Below, in pieces: positions 40,865 through 54,010 of a DNA stretch of 64,000 nucleotides. The notes beneath the pieces are model-generated. The model made no database searches. It had not been told where the DNA came from and saw only the letters and a list, made by a program, of their open reading frames with translations. A program made the position numbers and the translations under genes. Origin of the DNA: Octopus vulgaris (taxonomy: Eukaryota); NCBI GenBank assembly GCA_951406725.2, contig OX597821.1, positions 80,786,001-80,850,000 on the forward strand. Reading direction: 5' to 3'. Within the stretch, counting starts at the first letter, position 1; each line of letters begins with the position of its first letter.

Positions 40865-42074
40865 TATATATATATATACATATATAATCCCTACTGGTGA
40901 TGAGATGGAATCACTGCTATCTCTAGCATTCAAAATCCACTCACAAGGCTTTTGTCAGCTTATGGCTATTGCAGGAGACTCTTGTCCAAGGTGCCATGCA
41001 GTGGAACCAAGCCTAGAACTATGGTTGAGAAGCAAGCTGCATACCATACTGCTATGCCTGCATCTGTGGTTACTCATATTTAGTAAGGGAGAGAAAGAAG
41101 GATCGGTATGGGCTGCGAAGAGACAGAGGTGCCTGGTGACCCTTGAATGCATGAATAGAGTAGAAGTGAGTAGGAGAGAATAGTTCTACAAAACAGTTTT
41201 GAATGATTTTTCTACAAGTTTTGTCATTATTTAACATCATATTATTCTTTATATGGTATCTCAAGGCTTGAAATTTGAGGGGATGGAGCAAGTCAACCAC
41301 ACTGACTCCAGTGCTCAACTGGTACTTATTTTATCAACCCTCAAAGGATGAAAGGCAAAGTTGACCTCAATGGTATTTGAACTCAAAATGCCGAGATGAT
41401 GAAATGCCACTTAGAATTTTGTCCAGTTTGCAAATGATTCTGCCAGCCTAGTGGCTATTTAACATGAAAATATCAATGGTATAATGTAAAAGGCTACAGA
41501 TTTTGGTGAGGGACCAGAGGACTAAATCACCACCAGTTTGTGGTTGATGTTTATTTGATCAAACTCAGAGTCATGGTCTCTACAGCTGGGTGTCCTTATT
41601 AGAACCAACCACTTTACAGAGTGTATGGTGTGCTTCTTATGTGACACCAGTACCAGTTCTATTACATGGCACCAGCACCAGTGCTGTTATGTGGCACTGA
41701 CACAGGTACTTTTTACATGGCCCTGGTACAGGTGCCTTTCATGTAGCACTGACACCGCTGACCAAACCACTGACCAAACATTTTCTGGTTCAGACTAGAG
41801 TCAGATGTTACATCCTCCAGTCTCTACGACAGATGAATCTATAGAAAATGGATCTTCCCTTGGTGTGGATCACTACCTTGGCTGGAGACTTCATCACTTT
41901 CAGAAGTAAAATGTTACACCTGTATTTTCTCTCATTGCATTTGTTTTACCTTTGAATGAATGAATCGTCCATTGGTTGTTGCTTGTACAAAAGATATATT
42001 TTTTATGATTTCTCTGTCATCGTCATCGTTATGGCTATTTTCTTATCTGCATCATCATTGGTGTAATCTTTATC

Positions 42075-42985
42075 TTTTATCTTTTACTTGTTTCAGTCAT
42101 TAGACTGTGGCCATGCTGGGGCACCACCTTAAGGAATTTTAGTTCAACAAATCAACCACAGTACTTATTTTTTTTAAAGCCTGGTATTAATTCTATTGGT
42201 CTTTTTTGCCAAGTCACTAAGTTACAGGGATGTAAACACACCAACACCAGTTGTCAAGCAGTGGTGGGGGACAAACACAGACACAAAAACACATTCACAC
42301 ATACACACACACATTTATTCATGGCAAGCTTCTTTCAGTTTCCCTCTACATAATCTACTCACAAAATTTGGTCAGCCTGAGTCTATAGTAGAAGATACTT
42401 GCCCAAGGTGCCACACAGTGGGACTGAACCAGGAACCATGTGGTTGGGAAGCAAACTTCTTACCACACCGCTACAACTGATCTCAATAATGCATTCTTTG
42501 TTATTGCCACAAAGGCAGTGGATGTGGGAATGTTACAGAAGCAGGTTGCAAAAAATATACAGATTTACATCAATAACTTTTCTACTATAGGTGCAGGAGT
42601 GGCTGTGTGGAAAGTAGCTTGCTTAACAACCACATGGTTATGGGTTCAGTCCCACTGCATGGCATCTTGAGCAAGTGTCTTCTACTATAGCCTTGGGCCG
42701 ACCAAAGCCTTGTGAGTGGACTTGGTAGACGGAAACTCAAAGAAGCCTGTCGTATATATGTATATATGTATGTGTGTGTATGTTTGTGTGTCTGTGTTTG
42801 TCCCCCTAGCATTGCTTGATAACCAATGCTGGTGTGTTTATGTCCCTGTCACTTAGCAGTTCGGCAAAAGGGACCGATAGAAAAAGTACTGGGCTTACAA
42901 AGAATAAGTCCCGGGGTCGATTTGCTCGACTAAAGGCAGTGCTCCAGCATGGCTGCAGTCAAATGACTGAAACAAGTAAAAGAGT
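42075..42985. mobile_element. inverted pair of family A SINEs
   Basis: Minus copy ~42075-42470 and plus copy ~42595-42985, head to head. Confidence 0.85.
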
Positions 42986-43252
42986 ATAGACACAAGGCTT
43001 GAAATTTGGGGATGGGCGAATAGTCGCTTACATCGACCCCAGTACTCAACTGGTATTTATTTTGTCAACCCTGAAAGAATAAACAGCAAAGTCGACCTCG
43101 GCAGAATTTGAACTCAAAGCTAGAAGACGGATGAAATACTGCTAAGCATTTCCCCCGGCATGCTAACGATTCTGCCAGTTCACTGCCTTCAGATTTACAA
43201 TAATAACAAACAACTTACATGTTTTATATAATAAAAGAATGGAATTTATTAC

Positions 43253-43344
43253 CTGGCCCCAATCATGATCCCAGGTAATATTACCGGTCAGCTTTCCTTT
43301 ATTGTTTGCTTCATTCATGTGACTCAGATATGTATAATCATGAC
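43253..43344 (-). CDS. LLTP exon 5
   Basis: ctacag|GT CAT GAT...GGC CAG|gtaata; GHDYTYLSHMNEANNKGKLTGNITWDHDWGQ; phase 1/0. Confidence 0.83.
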
Positions 43345-43391
43345 CTGTAGTTAGAAATATTTAAAACCATGAATAATCATTATACCTAGGT

Positions 43392-43430
<39 letters not shown>

Positions 43431-43435
<5 letters not shown>

Positions 43436-43637
43436 GGAGCTTAACGCAGGTTAATTCAAATACTTTTACTTCTGACACATGTTTCGAAGATTTCACTGAT
43501 ATTATTCCAAAGGAATATATGGTGTAAAACAATGTAATCTTCTCTTCAGGGAAGTGAAGAAATAATATCAGTGAAATCTTCGAAACATGTGTCAGAAGTA
43601 AAAGTATTTGAATTATACCTGCGTTAAACTCCATTTA
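43431..43637. repeat. fold-back inverted repeat (~75-bp near-perfect arms)
   Basis: 43431-43506 versus 43561-43637, next to (TA)n. Confidence 0.9.
43464..43558 (-). ncRNA. type I hammerhead ribozyme motif, intact core
   Basis: Minus strand TTCACTTCC-CTGAAGA-GAAGATT...AATCTTC-GAAA-CATGT-GTC-AGAAGTAAA; C.A mismatch at the first stem I pair. Confidence 0.72.
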
Positions 43638-43675
43638 TTTATTTATATATTATACAAAAAATTCCATGTAAACCC

Positions 43676-43710
<35 letters not shown>

Positions 43711-44607
43711 TAAATTCATACATACCTAAATTCTCATACATACATACATACAAATATAAAATTAAATATATGACAAGATCATAGGAATTATGTAATCAGT
43801 TAATGAAGTTGAATAAACAAATCCTATTCCCTTGTTTACTTAATTTGGTCCAATAAATTCTCATAATGGGAATGATCTATGGCTTTACCCCTTCCTCTAT
43901 CTATAAATAGAAAAAATTCTTGTTTGTCTCCATTGAACCACATGTAGAAACATCCTCCCCATTGATAAATCTAAATAACAAAGTGAACTCAGTGATAAAA
44001 AATCTACAGATGGAGAAGGACCTTCTACTACCATGTTCTTGATAATAAAATTAACCTCTCTGTCTATATATCTACCCTCTTTGTAATGTTGGCAAATGAA
44101 ATAAGTATAAAAATGTACATTGTCCATTTAATTAAAAAATTCTATATGTGGCTGAAGATTGCTCAACATTTTAAAACTGATGTAATACTTACATTGTTTA
44201 ATAAAATGAAGTACCATGTAATGATTGCACTACACTACCTTGGATATCCTTGTTGCTTATTTTGAATATATATATATATACATACATACATACTTCTATA
44301 TAAAAATAACTGTTTCCTTCTTGATCCATGCCAGGCTCATAAGGGCTGGTTTTCCAGTTTCAGTGGCATATATTTTCCATCTGGATGGGACGCCAATCTG
44401 TCACGGGGTTACCCATTTTTGCCAGCTGTGTGGACTGGAGCAACATGAAATGTTCTGCCTGGTCCAGGAATTGAAACCGCAATCTTACAATCATGAGTCC
44501 AACACCCTAACCACTAAGCCACGCATCTCCACTACACACACAAACACTGTGCAGTTTGCCAATAACTATTCTGCTTTCCTTTCCTAAGCCCACCTCTATT
44601 GGAAGCA

Positions 44608-45010
44608 GCACTGGGTTAACTATTAAGCAAAATAAGCATGTGCTAAGAGCACCAATGGTAGGAGGAGGCACCACAGAAATGGTAAATGGTTTACAACACA
44701 AAAGAAATCACTTTAAACTTGCTAAAATAATTATTCGGGATGCCTTATTTCTACTAAGTATAGAAGCAGATGTGTTTCCTAAGATTAATTTTGAGGATCT
44801 CATCAAAGACTTTGCAATTCAAAAAAGTAGGAGGAAACTTTTCAAATATAAATGGAAATAAGTGGAAATATGCAAAAATTATTTTCCTTCTTACTATTTT
44901 GTTTCGTTTTGAAATATGAACATTTATTGTATGGTTTGCTATTGTTCATATTTTGAATTACATAATCTTTTATGGGGGCACCAAAATCTTTTAAGTGCTT
45001 AGGGCCTTGA
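44608..45010 (+). mobile_element. hAT relic retaining the transposase C-terminus
   Basis: LFLLSIEADV..INFEDLIKDFAIQKSRRK resembles the end of the hAT dimerisation domain; subterminal GGGGCACC..AAGTGCTTAGGGC. Confidence 0.6.
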
Positions 45011-45078
45011 TTGGAAATACTGTATAGTACCATCCTTATCTCTCAGATTACTTGCTAAATCTAAGTCATTTTACTTAC

Positions 45079-45236
45079 CAGGATAATGAAACTTTAATTT
45101 TCTGACAGCTATCCATTTATTGTTATTTTTGTTTCTAGTTCTCTCCATAAGGAACTTCACATGGGTAACATCATTGTCCTTGCCAGCTTTTACTGGGTCA
45201 ATGTGGAACTGATACAAAATGGGATAACTGGGAGGG
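45079..45236 (-). CDS. LLTP exon 4
   Basis: tcaaaag|C CCT CCC...TAT CCT G|gtaagt; phase 2/1. Confidence 0.85.
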
Positions 45237-45324
45237 CTTTTGAAACAGAAAAACAGAAAGAAAAATAAGAAGAGTTTTGACAAAAAAATCCTATAAGTTA
45301 ATAAATAATAATGACTTCTCATAT

Positions 45325-45770
45325 AAGGTGGCGAGCAGGCAGAAACATTAGCATGCAGGGCAAAATGCTTAGCGGTATTTCGTCTGTCTTTACGTTCTGA
45401 GTTCAAATTCCACCAAGGTCAGCTTTGCCTTTCCTCCTTCCAGGCTCGATAAATTAAGTACCAGTTGCATAATGAGAATGATCAAATTAACTGGCCACCT
45501 CCCCAAAAATTTCGGGCCTTGTGCCTGGAGTAGAAAAGAAAATATTACATTTCTTAAGGCGGCGAGCTGGCAGAAATGTTAGCACGCTGGGCAAAATGCT
45601 TAGTGGTATTTCATCTGTCTTTATGCTCTGAGTTCAAATTCCGCTGAGGTCGACTTTGCCTTTCATCCTTTCAAGGTTGATAAATTAAGTACCAGTTGTG
45701 TATTAGGGTCGATCTAATTGACTGGCCCCCTCCCCAAAAATGTTGGGCCCTGTGCCTAGAGTAGAAAAGA
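45325..45770 (+). mobile_element. two tandem family C SINEs
   Basis: AAGGCGGCGAGCTGGCAGAA..GAGTTCAAATTCC..GCCTTTCATCCTTT..TAAGTACCAG twice. Other copies at ~5385-5590(-), 14870-15080, 39760-39955(-), 41265-41450(-), 42990-43190(-), 46180-46500(-), 47780-47980(-), 49410-49860(-). Confidence 0.8.
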
Positions 45771-47162
45771 ATAATGACTTCTAATAATATCATAAGGTTA
45801 CAAATTTTAGGATTGAGTTGTCGCTTGACTGGATTAACTCTAGTATTTGATTGGGAATTTTTTTTTGTGGATCACCCACTGTAGAATTTGAAACCTGAAC
45901 ATAGAGCTGCATATGATACTTAATTTGGTGGCTTATCATTTCTCACCTTCTTAGTTAGTTGGTTAATTAATTAATTAATTAAACAAAAATAAGGATATAG
46001 CAAAAGATATAGAAATAGAATTCTTTAAAATGAATAGATAAGCAAATGAATAAACAGAGGAAAGTGAAGGGTGACCTCAGTAGAATCTGGACCCAGAATG
46101 TAAAGAGGGATGAAATATTGCTAAGCATTTTCATGCTCATGCTAACCATTCTACCAGCTCAATGCCTTAATAATAATAATCCTTTCTATTATTGGCACAA
46201 AGCCTGAAATATTGGGAAAAAGGGGTTAGTCAATTACACTGACCCCAATGCTTGATTAGTACTTATTTTATTGACCTCAAAAGAATGAAAGGCAAAGTTG
46301 ACCCCGGCAGAATTTGAACTCAGATGCAGCACTACTAAGTCTTTCACCCAGCATGCTAATGATTCTGCCAGCTTGCCACTTTAATAATAATAACAATAAT
46401 AATCATCTTTTCAAATACAGGCACAATGTCTGAAATTATGGGGGAGGGGGATAGTCAATTACATTGACCCCAGTACACAACTGGTACATATTTCATCGAT
46501 CTTGACATTATTATTATTATTATTGAGTGGGAGAGCAGTGCATACCATCAAAGTGACACTGGAGTACAAATATATGAAGCTTAATGTACCCATCATGACT
46601 ATCCATCTGATAAGGGTACACCGAGCACATGCATCACAACCATATGTGTGTGATATGGTGATGTCATATCAAGATAAACAGTGCATGACCTTGCAGGTGG
46701 GGGTCTAGTTAGACTTTTCTTCAGGTCGAGTAGCCCATCCCACTGAAAAGGTCACTGAATAAGGGTTGTTTAAGGATGTTTAACAAAACACTCCTGTTTC
46801 CAGAGGTGAATTATTCAAACCCCAAAGAATTCCTCTCAACTCATGGCTGTGATGCTTCCTAACAACTCCAGTTCATGATCAGAGATGCACATATCGTCAG
46901 TCACTAAGGGACAAAGTCAACTGGTTAAGGTCAAACAATGACAAGCAAATCTGTGGTATTGAGCAGAATATTTGCTGTAGCCCATCTTTTATACCAAGAC
47001 AAAAATCCATGTACATGATAACATTTCCAATCAGTTAAGATCAGAAACCACGGGAGCCAGTGCCAGGTATTGCACCACCACCACCACCACCACTGCTGAA
47101 CATGCATCTTGAGCCCAAAATGAATAAAACAAGGTTTTGTAAATAAGTAAAATGATACAAAC

Positions 47163-47293
47163 CAATGGTATTTTGTGTTAAAAAGCCAAACAGTTTTTGT
47201 GCTAACTTCAGAAATTTCAAAGGTGGTTTCAGAAATGACTTCCATTAAACTGAGCCTAAGATTGGCAAACATTTTATTGTTAGAATTTATTCC
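47163..47293 (-). CDS. LLTP exon 3
   Basis: ttacag|GGA ATA AAT...TAC CAT TG|gtttgt; phase 0/2. Confidence 0.82.
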
Positions 47294-49150
47294 CTGTAAA
47301 GAAGCAAGAAAACAGTGTAAATTAGAATATCACCAAAATTATAATCATTTTACATTCATTTTTCCTTACTGCTATGTGTTTGATGAGTGTACCCCAAAAC
47401 AGCATCCAACCAATAATTGCATTTCTTTGCCATCTCTTTTTTCCAATCCTTCTTCACCCAACTTTTCTTCTTCATATGCATCTTATGTCCCAGTCAGCAC
47501 AGTCTTACCTATTGACATGGTGCTGTACTCTTCTGATGCCCATTGAAACTCTGTTCTTAACTCTGGGAAACTATTCTTTCACAACACCCACCTCCACTCC
47601 TGATTAGATCACCTGGATAATGGAGTCTGTTAACTACTTCTTCCTTTACAGCATCAGTGAACACATGGGTGCCACTACCAACCACATAAACACGTTTATC
47701 AACAATGTCCTCATTAACACTGACATACTGCTTCACAAATTGGAAAATTCACCACATCCCTAATCATGTAATGCTGATTTCAAATTTTGTCACAAGGCCA
47801 GCAAATTCGGAGGAGGGAGCAAGTCGATTACTTTGATCTCCCAACAATTACCTGATGCTTATTTTATTCGAAAGGATGAATGGCAAGGTCAACCTTGGTG
47901 CAATTTGAACACAGAATGTAAGGATGAATGAAATACCACTAAGCATTTTGCTGATGGTTCTGCCAGGTTGCTGCCTTCTCTAATCATGTAATATTGTCAG
48001 TACAACTGGTTAACACATTTGGTTATTAACCAGAAAGTTGGTGGTTTGAACCCACCCAAGGACAGTAGCATTTTTCAAAAAATTTGGCTACATCAAAACT
48101 GCTTTACATCAAGGTAATGCTTCAGCATGGCCACAATCCAATGACTGACACAAGTAGAAGATAAAACCTCATACTTTTGGATTCCCATCCAGCAAAATAT
48201 ACCTGGTGCTTTTTATCTAATTACTTGATATCATTCTTTGTTCCCTTTCCACTTACATTTTCCCAGGTACATCTCATAGCTATTATGGCTATATCTACCA
48301 TTCGGTTCCCCAAACTGGTAACTCTCCATCTAGCAAGAATGTTGTTCCATCCACAGATGCAGGATATGGTTCACACTAGTTTCTCTTGTTGAATCACTCA
48401 ATTGTTCTTTATAGTTTTCTCTCATGCACCAAACAACACGACTCATTGGAAATAGTTATGACTGACGGGTGATGATTGTGCTTTCACTGATTTAAAGTTT
48501 CAACTTTATTGTTGGTTATGAACCTAAAGTAAGGCACATCACTCAATCCAGTTAAACCTAACTTCTATCCACAATTAAGATATTGTGCCTTTGTACAGGA
48601 TCTTATTGTATCATTGATAAATCTACTTCATTTAAAAAGGACTTTGGTGAATGAGGTTTCCATGATGTATAAGTAACCAAGATCTCTTGAACGGGTCACC
48701 AGTGCAACACCCTAACCACTAGATAATGTGCCTTCACTTAGCCTCTCATTAATTGAGGGTTGACATCATCATCATCAACATTTAACGTCCATTTTTCATG
48801 CTGGCATGGGGTGGATGGCTTGACAGGAACTGACAAGATCAGGGACCATACCAAGTTACATAGTCTGTTTTGGTTTGGGTTTTTATAGCTGGATGCCCTT
48901 CCTAACACCAATCCCTTTACAGAGTGTACTAGGTGCTTTTTACATGGCACCAGCACCCACACAAATGCTTTTTATATGGAACCTTGGTTTCAGGATTTCA
49001 ACTCTGTTGTGGTGGGCAGGTCTTCTTGAGTAAGATAAGTATGAGTAATATATTTGGGATTGTTTTATGTAATGAATAAAGCCTATCCTCACATACACAT
49101 GCACAAAAATTTGGGATTAGCACAGGAAACCATTCTATTTTACAACTTAC

Positions 49151-49359
49151 TTTGAAGTGAATTCCTAATATTTCTTTTATTCGGAGAACAGTGAGTGTCA
49201 TGTCGAAGTTTACTTTATGAATTTGCTTTGTTCTATGTTTGTTAAGTTCTAAGTTGAAGGATATATCCTGCATATCTGGAAACCTGGTGGTCACTGAAAG
49301 CTTGTCCCCGTCTAGGCTTTGTTTCACATAAATTGAGACTTTATCGTAGGTTGATGAGT
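49151..49359 (-). CDS. LLTP exon 2
   Basis: attcag|AC TCA TCA...TTC AAA|gtaagt; VKQSLDGDKLSVTTRFPDMQDISFNLEL...; phase 1/0. Confidence 0.87.
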
Positions 49360-49884
49360 CTGAATAAAAATAAAAATAACAATAACAACAACAATAATAA
49401 TTATAATCCTTTCTATTATAGGCACAAGGCCTGAATTTGGGGGTGGGAGACAGTCAATTACATCGACCCCAGTACTCAACTGGTACTTAATTTATCAACC
49501 CTGAAAGGTAAAGTTAACCTTGGTGGAATTTGAACTCAGAATACAGCGATGAGTGAAATACCACTAAGCATTTTGTCCAGCATGTCAACAATTCTGATTT
49601 CTTTATTGCCCACAAGGGGCTAAACATAGAGGGGACAAACAAGGACAGACAAGAAGATTAAGTCGATTATATCGAACCCAGTGTGTAACTGGTACTTATT
49701 TAATCAACCCCGAAAGGATGAAAGGCAAAGTCAACCTCGGTGGAATTTGAACTCAGAACGTAACGGCAGACGAAATACCGCTATGCATTTCACATGGCAT
49801 GCTAACGTTTCTGCCAGCTGGCCACCTTTTGCCAACAATTCTGCTAGCTCGCTGCCTTAACAACAACAATAATCATAATAATAA

Positions 49885-50260
49885 TATTAACTTTTGTGGG
49901 ACTTTCTTCTTCAAATGGACAAGAAGTCAGAAAATAATAGACCAGGTATTACAATCATAGATAAAGAAAAGCAAAGTTGCTTACTTATCAACCTATCATA
50001 CCCATTTGATTCCAGGATCATAAAGAAAGAGGAAGAAAAACAAAAAAAATATACAATCCTTTAAAATTTGAAATAGGAAGAATTTGCAGCACGCAAACGG
50101 CAAAGGTTGTGCCTCTAATAATCGGTTCGTTGGGAACAGAAAGCCAAGATGTAGACAAATGAGTGAAGGCGATTGAAATAGAATGTCCGGTAGAGCTTCT
50201 ACAGATAGCTTGCTTCTTAGGGACAGCAAGGATTATTAGGAGGGTTCTAAGCACTTGAAA
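49885..50260 (+). mobile_element. non-LTR retrotransposon restriction-like endonuclease (R4/NeSL-type) 3' fragment
   Basis: LLWDF..NRPGITIIDK..VVPLIIGSLG..LQIACFLGTARIIRRVL; related relics at ~52000-52330 and 52690-52900 (IIVGALG..IALLGTAHIL). Confidence 0.7.
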
Positions 50261-51382
50261 GACTGCCAAAAAAATGTGTGGATACCTAAGGTTACAGGTA
50301 GTAACCCACTACCCACGTAAATCTTACCAGGAATAAGACCAAACTTGAGCTTTGTTTCTATAATAATTTCTTTGTTAGACATAGGGGTTTGGATGAAAAG
50401 GACCTCATGAGGACAGACTACAATTTGTGAGGGGATTTACATAAAAGATGGGGGGAAAGAAATGGAAAAGGCAGTGAAATGTAATAAAAGTATACAGGCA
50501 CACGAGTGGCTGTGTGGTAAAAAGCTTGCTTCCCAACCACATGGTTCCGGGTTCAGTCCCACTATGTGACATCTTGGGCAGGTGTCTTCTACTATAGCCT
50601 TGTGAGTGGATTTAGTAGATGGAAACTGAAAGAAGCCCGTTGTATATAGTGTGTGTGTGTGTGTGTGTATCTGTATTTGTCCGTCCCCCACCATCGCTTT
50701 ACAAACGATGTTTATGTGTTTACGTCCCCATAACGTTAGCGGTCCGGGAAAAGAGACCGATAGAATAAGTATTAGGCTTACAATGAGTAAGTCCTGAGTT
50801 CAATTTGTTCAACTAAAGGTGGTGCTACAGCATGGCCACAGTCAAATGACTGAAACAAGTAAAAGAATAAAGAATAGTATACAAAGAATGTGAATGATCC
50901 CGTCTTTAGTCATAGATTAACATAGCCCTCACCATCATCATCATTGTTTAACATCCATTTTCCATACTGGCATGGGTCGGTCAGTTTGACAGGAGCTGGC
51001 CGGCCAAAGAGCTGTCCAGACTCCAATGGTCTGTTGTGGCATAGTTTCTATGGCTGGATGCTCTTCCTAATGCTAACCATTTTATAGAGTGTATTGGGTG
51101 TGTATTACGTGCCACCAGCACGGTTCTGCTTAGCAGCAGCGGCATGAGTGTATTTTATGTGGCACCAGCACCTGTAAAGGACAAACCTGTATGGATGGAT
51201 GGATGGATGACGGCGATTTTACTTATGGCTAAATATACATAACATCACTAATTCATATAATAGGTGTGTATAGATCACAGTGGAATTTTTAAGTAATTTC
51301 TCCTCAGTTTGTTTAAATACAACTAAATTCTTTTCAACAAAGTCTCTACCATCTTTAAGACCTGCTCTATATATAATCAATG

Positions 51383-51680
51383 TGGAGGCACATGGCCTAG
51401 TGGTTAGAGCAGTGGACTTGCAGTTGAGGGATCGCGGGTTCGAATCTCAGACCGGGCGATGTGTATGTTTATGAGCGAAACACCTAAGCTCCACGCGGCT
51501 CCAGCAGAAGGTAATGGCGAACTTCTGCTGACTCTTTCGCCACAACTATCTCTCACTTTTTCCTCCTGCATCTTGCATCACACCTGTGACAGACCGGCGT
51601 CCTGTCCAGGTGGGGAACCTATATGCCAAGGGAATCGGGAAACCGGCCCTTATGAGCCAGGCGTGGCTCGAGAAGGAAGA
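51383..51680 (+). mobile_element. tRNA-derived SINE (family E)
   Basis: Head TGGCCTAGTGGTTAG..GGGTTCGAATC (A/B boxes) followed by a non-tRNA body. Confidence 0.7.
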
Positions 51681-51952
51681 AACTGTATATAAGCAATAAA
51701 GAATGATTACAGGAACCAAAGAACAAGCTTCTTCTAGAGGTAGCTCAATCTTCTAGAAAGAGTAGTCAAATCTCCTTCAAATCACAGTATATAGAAAATG
51801 CAATAGCCCCTAAAGAGGAATACATTGGAAAGGTGATATCTGGGAAAATGCAATAATCGAAGGGAATGATGGCCAGATGGTTAAAAACATTGCAAGAGTT
51901 GTAACACAGAGTAGAAGCATTGAGAAAGCAATATAATGTTAAAAGGATTATC

Positions 51953-51987
<35 letters not shown>

Positions 51988-52634
51988 CTAAGGAGGAAAT
52001 ATTAACACTGGATAGAAGGATGAGAAAGTTGATGACACTAGCCATACCTAATGACATGAATGTTGTGAGTAAAGAGGTTGAAAAAATCACCAAATACTCC
52101 CGAATTGAAAGTGGAAATGGTAAGATTGTATGGAATGTGAGAGGGTAATGTAAAAGTGATACCAGTGTTGGACTCAACACCACTGAAACTTCAAAACTTC
52201 TTAAGGAAACTGGAAATCCTATGCAAGATTGGTGTCTTGTAAAAAGCAGCCTTATTGGGCACAACACACATCTTAAGGAAAGTATTATCTGTCTGAGGTC
52301 TTTGTTGTGGCTCGACTGATGACTAAAGACTCCAGTGCATTTTTGCCTACACTGTGTTGACAAATTTATTTTTTGAACCAGTTGAAGAAATACAAGATGT
52401 CAAAATATCGTTCACTAGATAACAATGGCACTCTTCTTTTAATTTTGACTCTATATCTTCAGGAGGAGTTACCTCAATCCTTTCTATATTAACCAAAATG
52501 AAGTAGATAGACAAATTTATCTTTTGAACCAGTTGAAGACGCACAAGATGTCGAAATATCAGTCACTAAATAATAATGGCACTCTTCTTTTAATTTTGAT
52601 TTTAATAAAAATAAAAATAAAAATATTAATAATG

Positions 52635-52690
<56 letters not shown>

Positions 52691-53200
52691 CATATCATAG
52701 TAGGTGCATTAGGTATGATAAAAAAATATTTAGACAAATATATAACGAAACCACCAGGACATACAGAAAATTGCACTACTAGGCACTGCACACATCCTAT
52801 GCAAAACACTTTCAATACAATAACCATAAGAGCATCACAACAAATCACAGCATATACCCAAGGCACACAGAGCTGCGCTCGGTAGTGAAGTGAAAGCACA
52901 ATATAAAAATAAAACTACTAAAGAATAATAATAATAATAATAATTTATAAAGATAGATGGAACTCAAGAGCTCAATGCAATTTGTAATAGAGATTGTTTA
53001 TTTAATGATTTGAACACTATTTCAACAGATCATGTCTTCTTCAGGTTCAAAATGTCAAATGAAAAAGCCTCAGAAATACTTTAAGCACAATATTAATAAC
53101 CCTTTCTACTACGACCGCAAGTCCGCTGCCCTAACCACTGGGCCATTGCGCCTCCAAAATGATAATAATAACACCAATATATAAGCAAATTGTGCCTCAC

Positions 53201-53295
53201 CTGATAATACAGCAGACTTAATGCTTAGAATACTTTCTGGTTTAGATGAACTTGTAACTTCTTTCTCAATCTCCACCTGAACTTTCTCAATTTTT
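53201..53295 (-). CDS. LLTP exon 1 of those visible (internal exon)
   Basis: cttttcaag|A AAA ATT GAG...TTA TCA G|gtgagg; phase 2/1 joins exon 2 in frame; an alternative acceptor at ~53277 is possible. Confidence 0.7.
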
Positions 53296-53724
53296 CTTGA
53301 AAAGATGATTGGACATAGCTTCATTATAGCAACTTAATTTCAATGGGAAAATATTGTATACATCTACACATTCAGATTCAGATATTCCTTCTCCAAAATT
53401 TAAAACAATAACACTCATGTTAATATTGTATCACATAAATATGGTTTGATATTTTTCAGTGTAGCGACATTAGTAGTGGTGAGCAAAGGAGAGAGAGAGA
53501 GTGTGGAGTTAACATATACACAGAAATAACATATTAGTGATGGCTTAAATATAAATGGTAAAAGTTCTGTGTTTCACAGAAGTCAAGAATCTGAGATCTC
53601 TATTCTTGTAGGAACTGGTGGACAGATTTAGGTAGAATCAGAATCACAAAAGTTTGGGGAAATACTCAAGAAATCATCAGTGGGGTTAGTGTTATTTTGT
53701 GTTTTAAGAATTTTCATAGTATTT

Positions 53725-54010
53725 GGGTTAGTTTGGTCTGGTTTGGCCTGGTCTGGTCTGGTCTAGTTTAATCTAGTCTGATCTGATCTGATCTGACCTG
53801 GCTTGGTCTGGTTAGGTTCAGTCTAATCTGGTTTGATTTGGTCTGACTAGTGTCATATGTTGTGGTTTGTCTGTTTGGTCCAGTTTTGTCTGGTTTGGTC
53901 TAGTCTGATCAGTTCTGGTTTGGCCTCACTAGTCCGGTTTGGTCAGATCATCTTGGATCTGATCTGACCAGGCTTGGTCTGGTCTGGTCTGGTCTATTCT
54001 TGTTTGGCTC
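53725..54010. repeat. degenerate pentanucleotide repeat (GGTCT/GATCT)n
   Basis: Direct reading. Confidence 0.85.

Noticed and set aside
41950-42050. Short open stretch ending at a donor-like AAG|gtaaaa
   Set aside because: No credible acceptor in frame
51383-51460. tRNA gene
   Set aside because: A/B boxes continue into a SINE body with no acceptor stem or terminator; same for the other SINE heads
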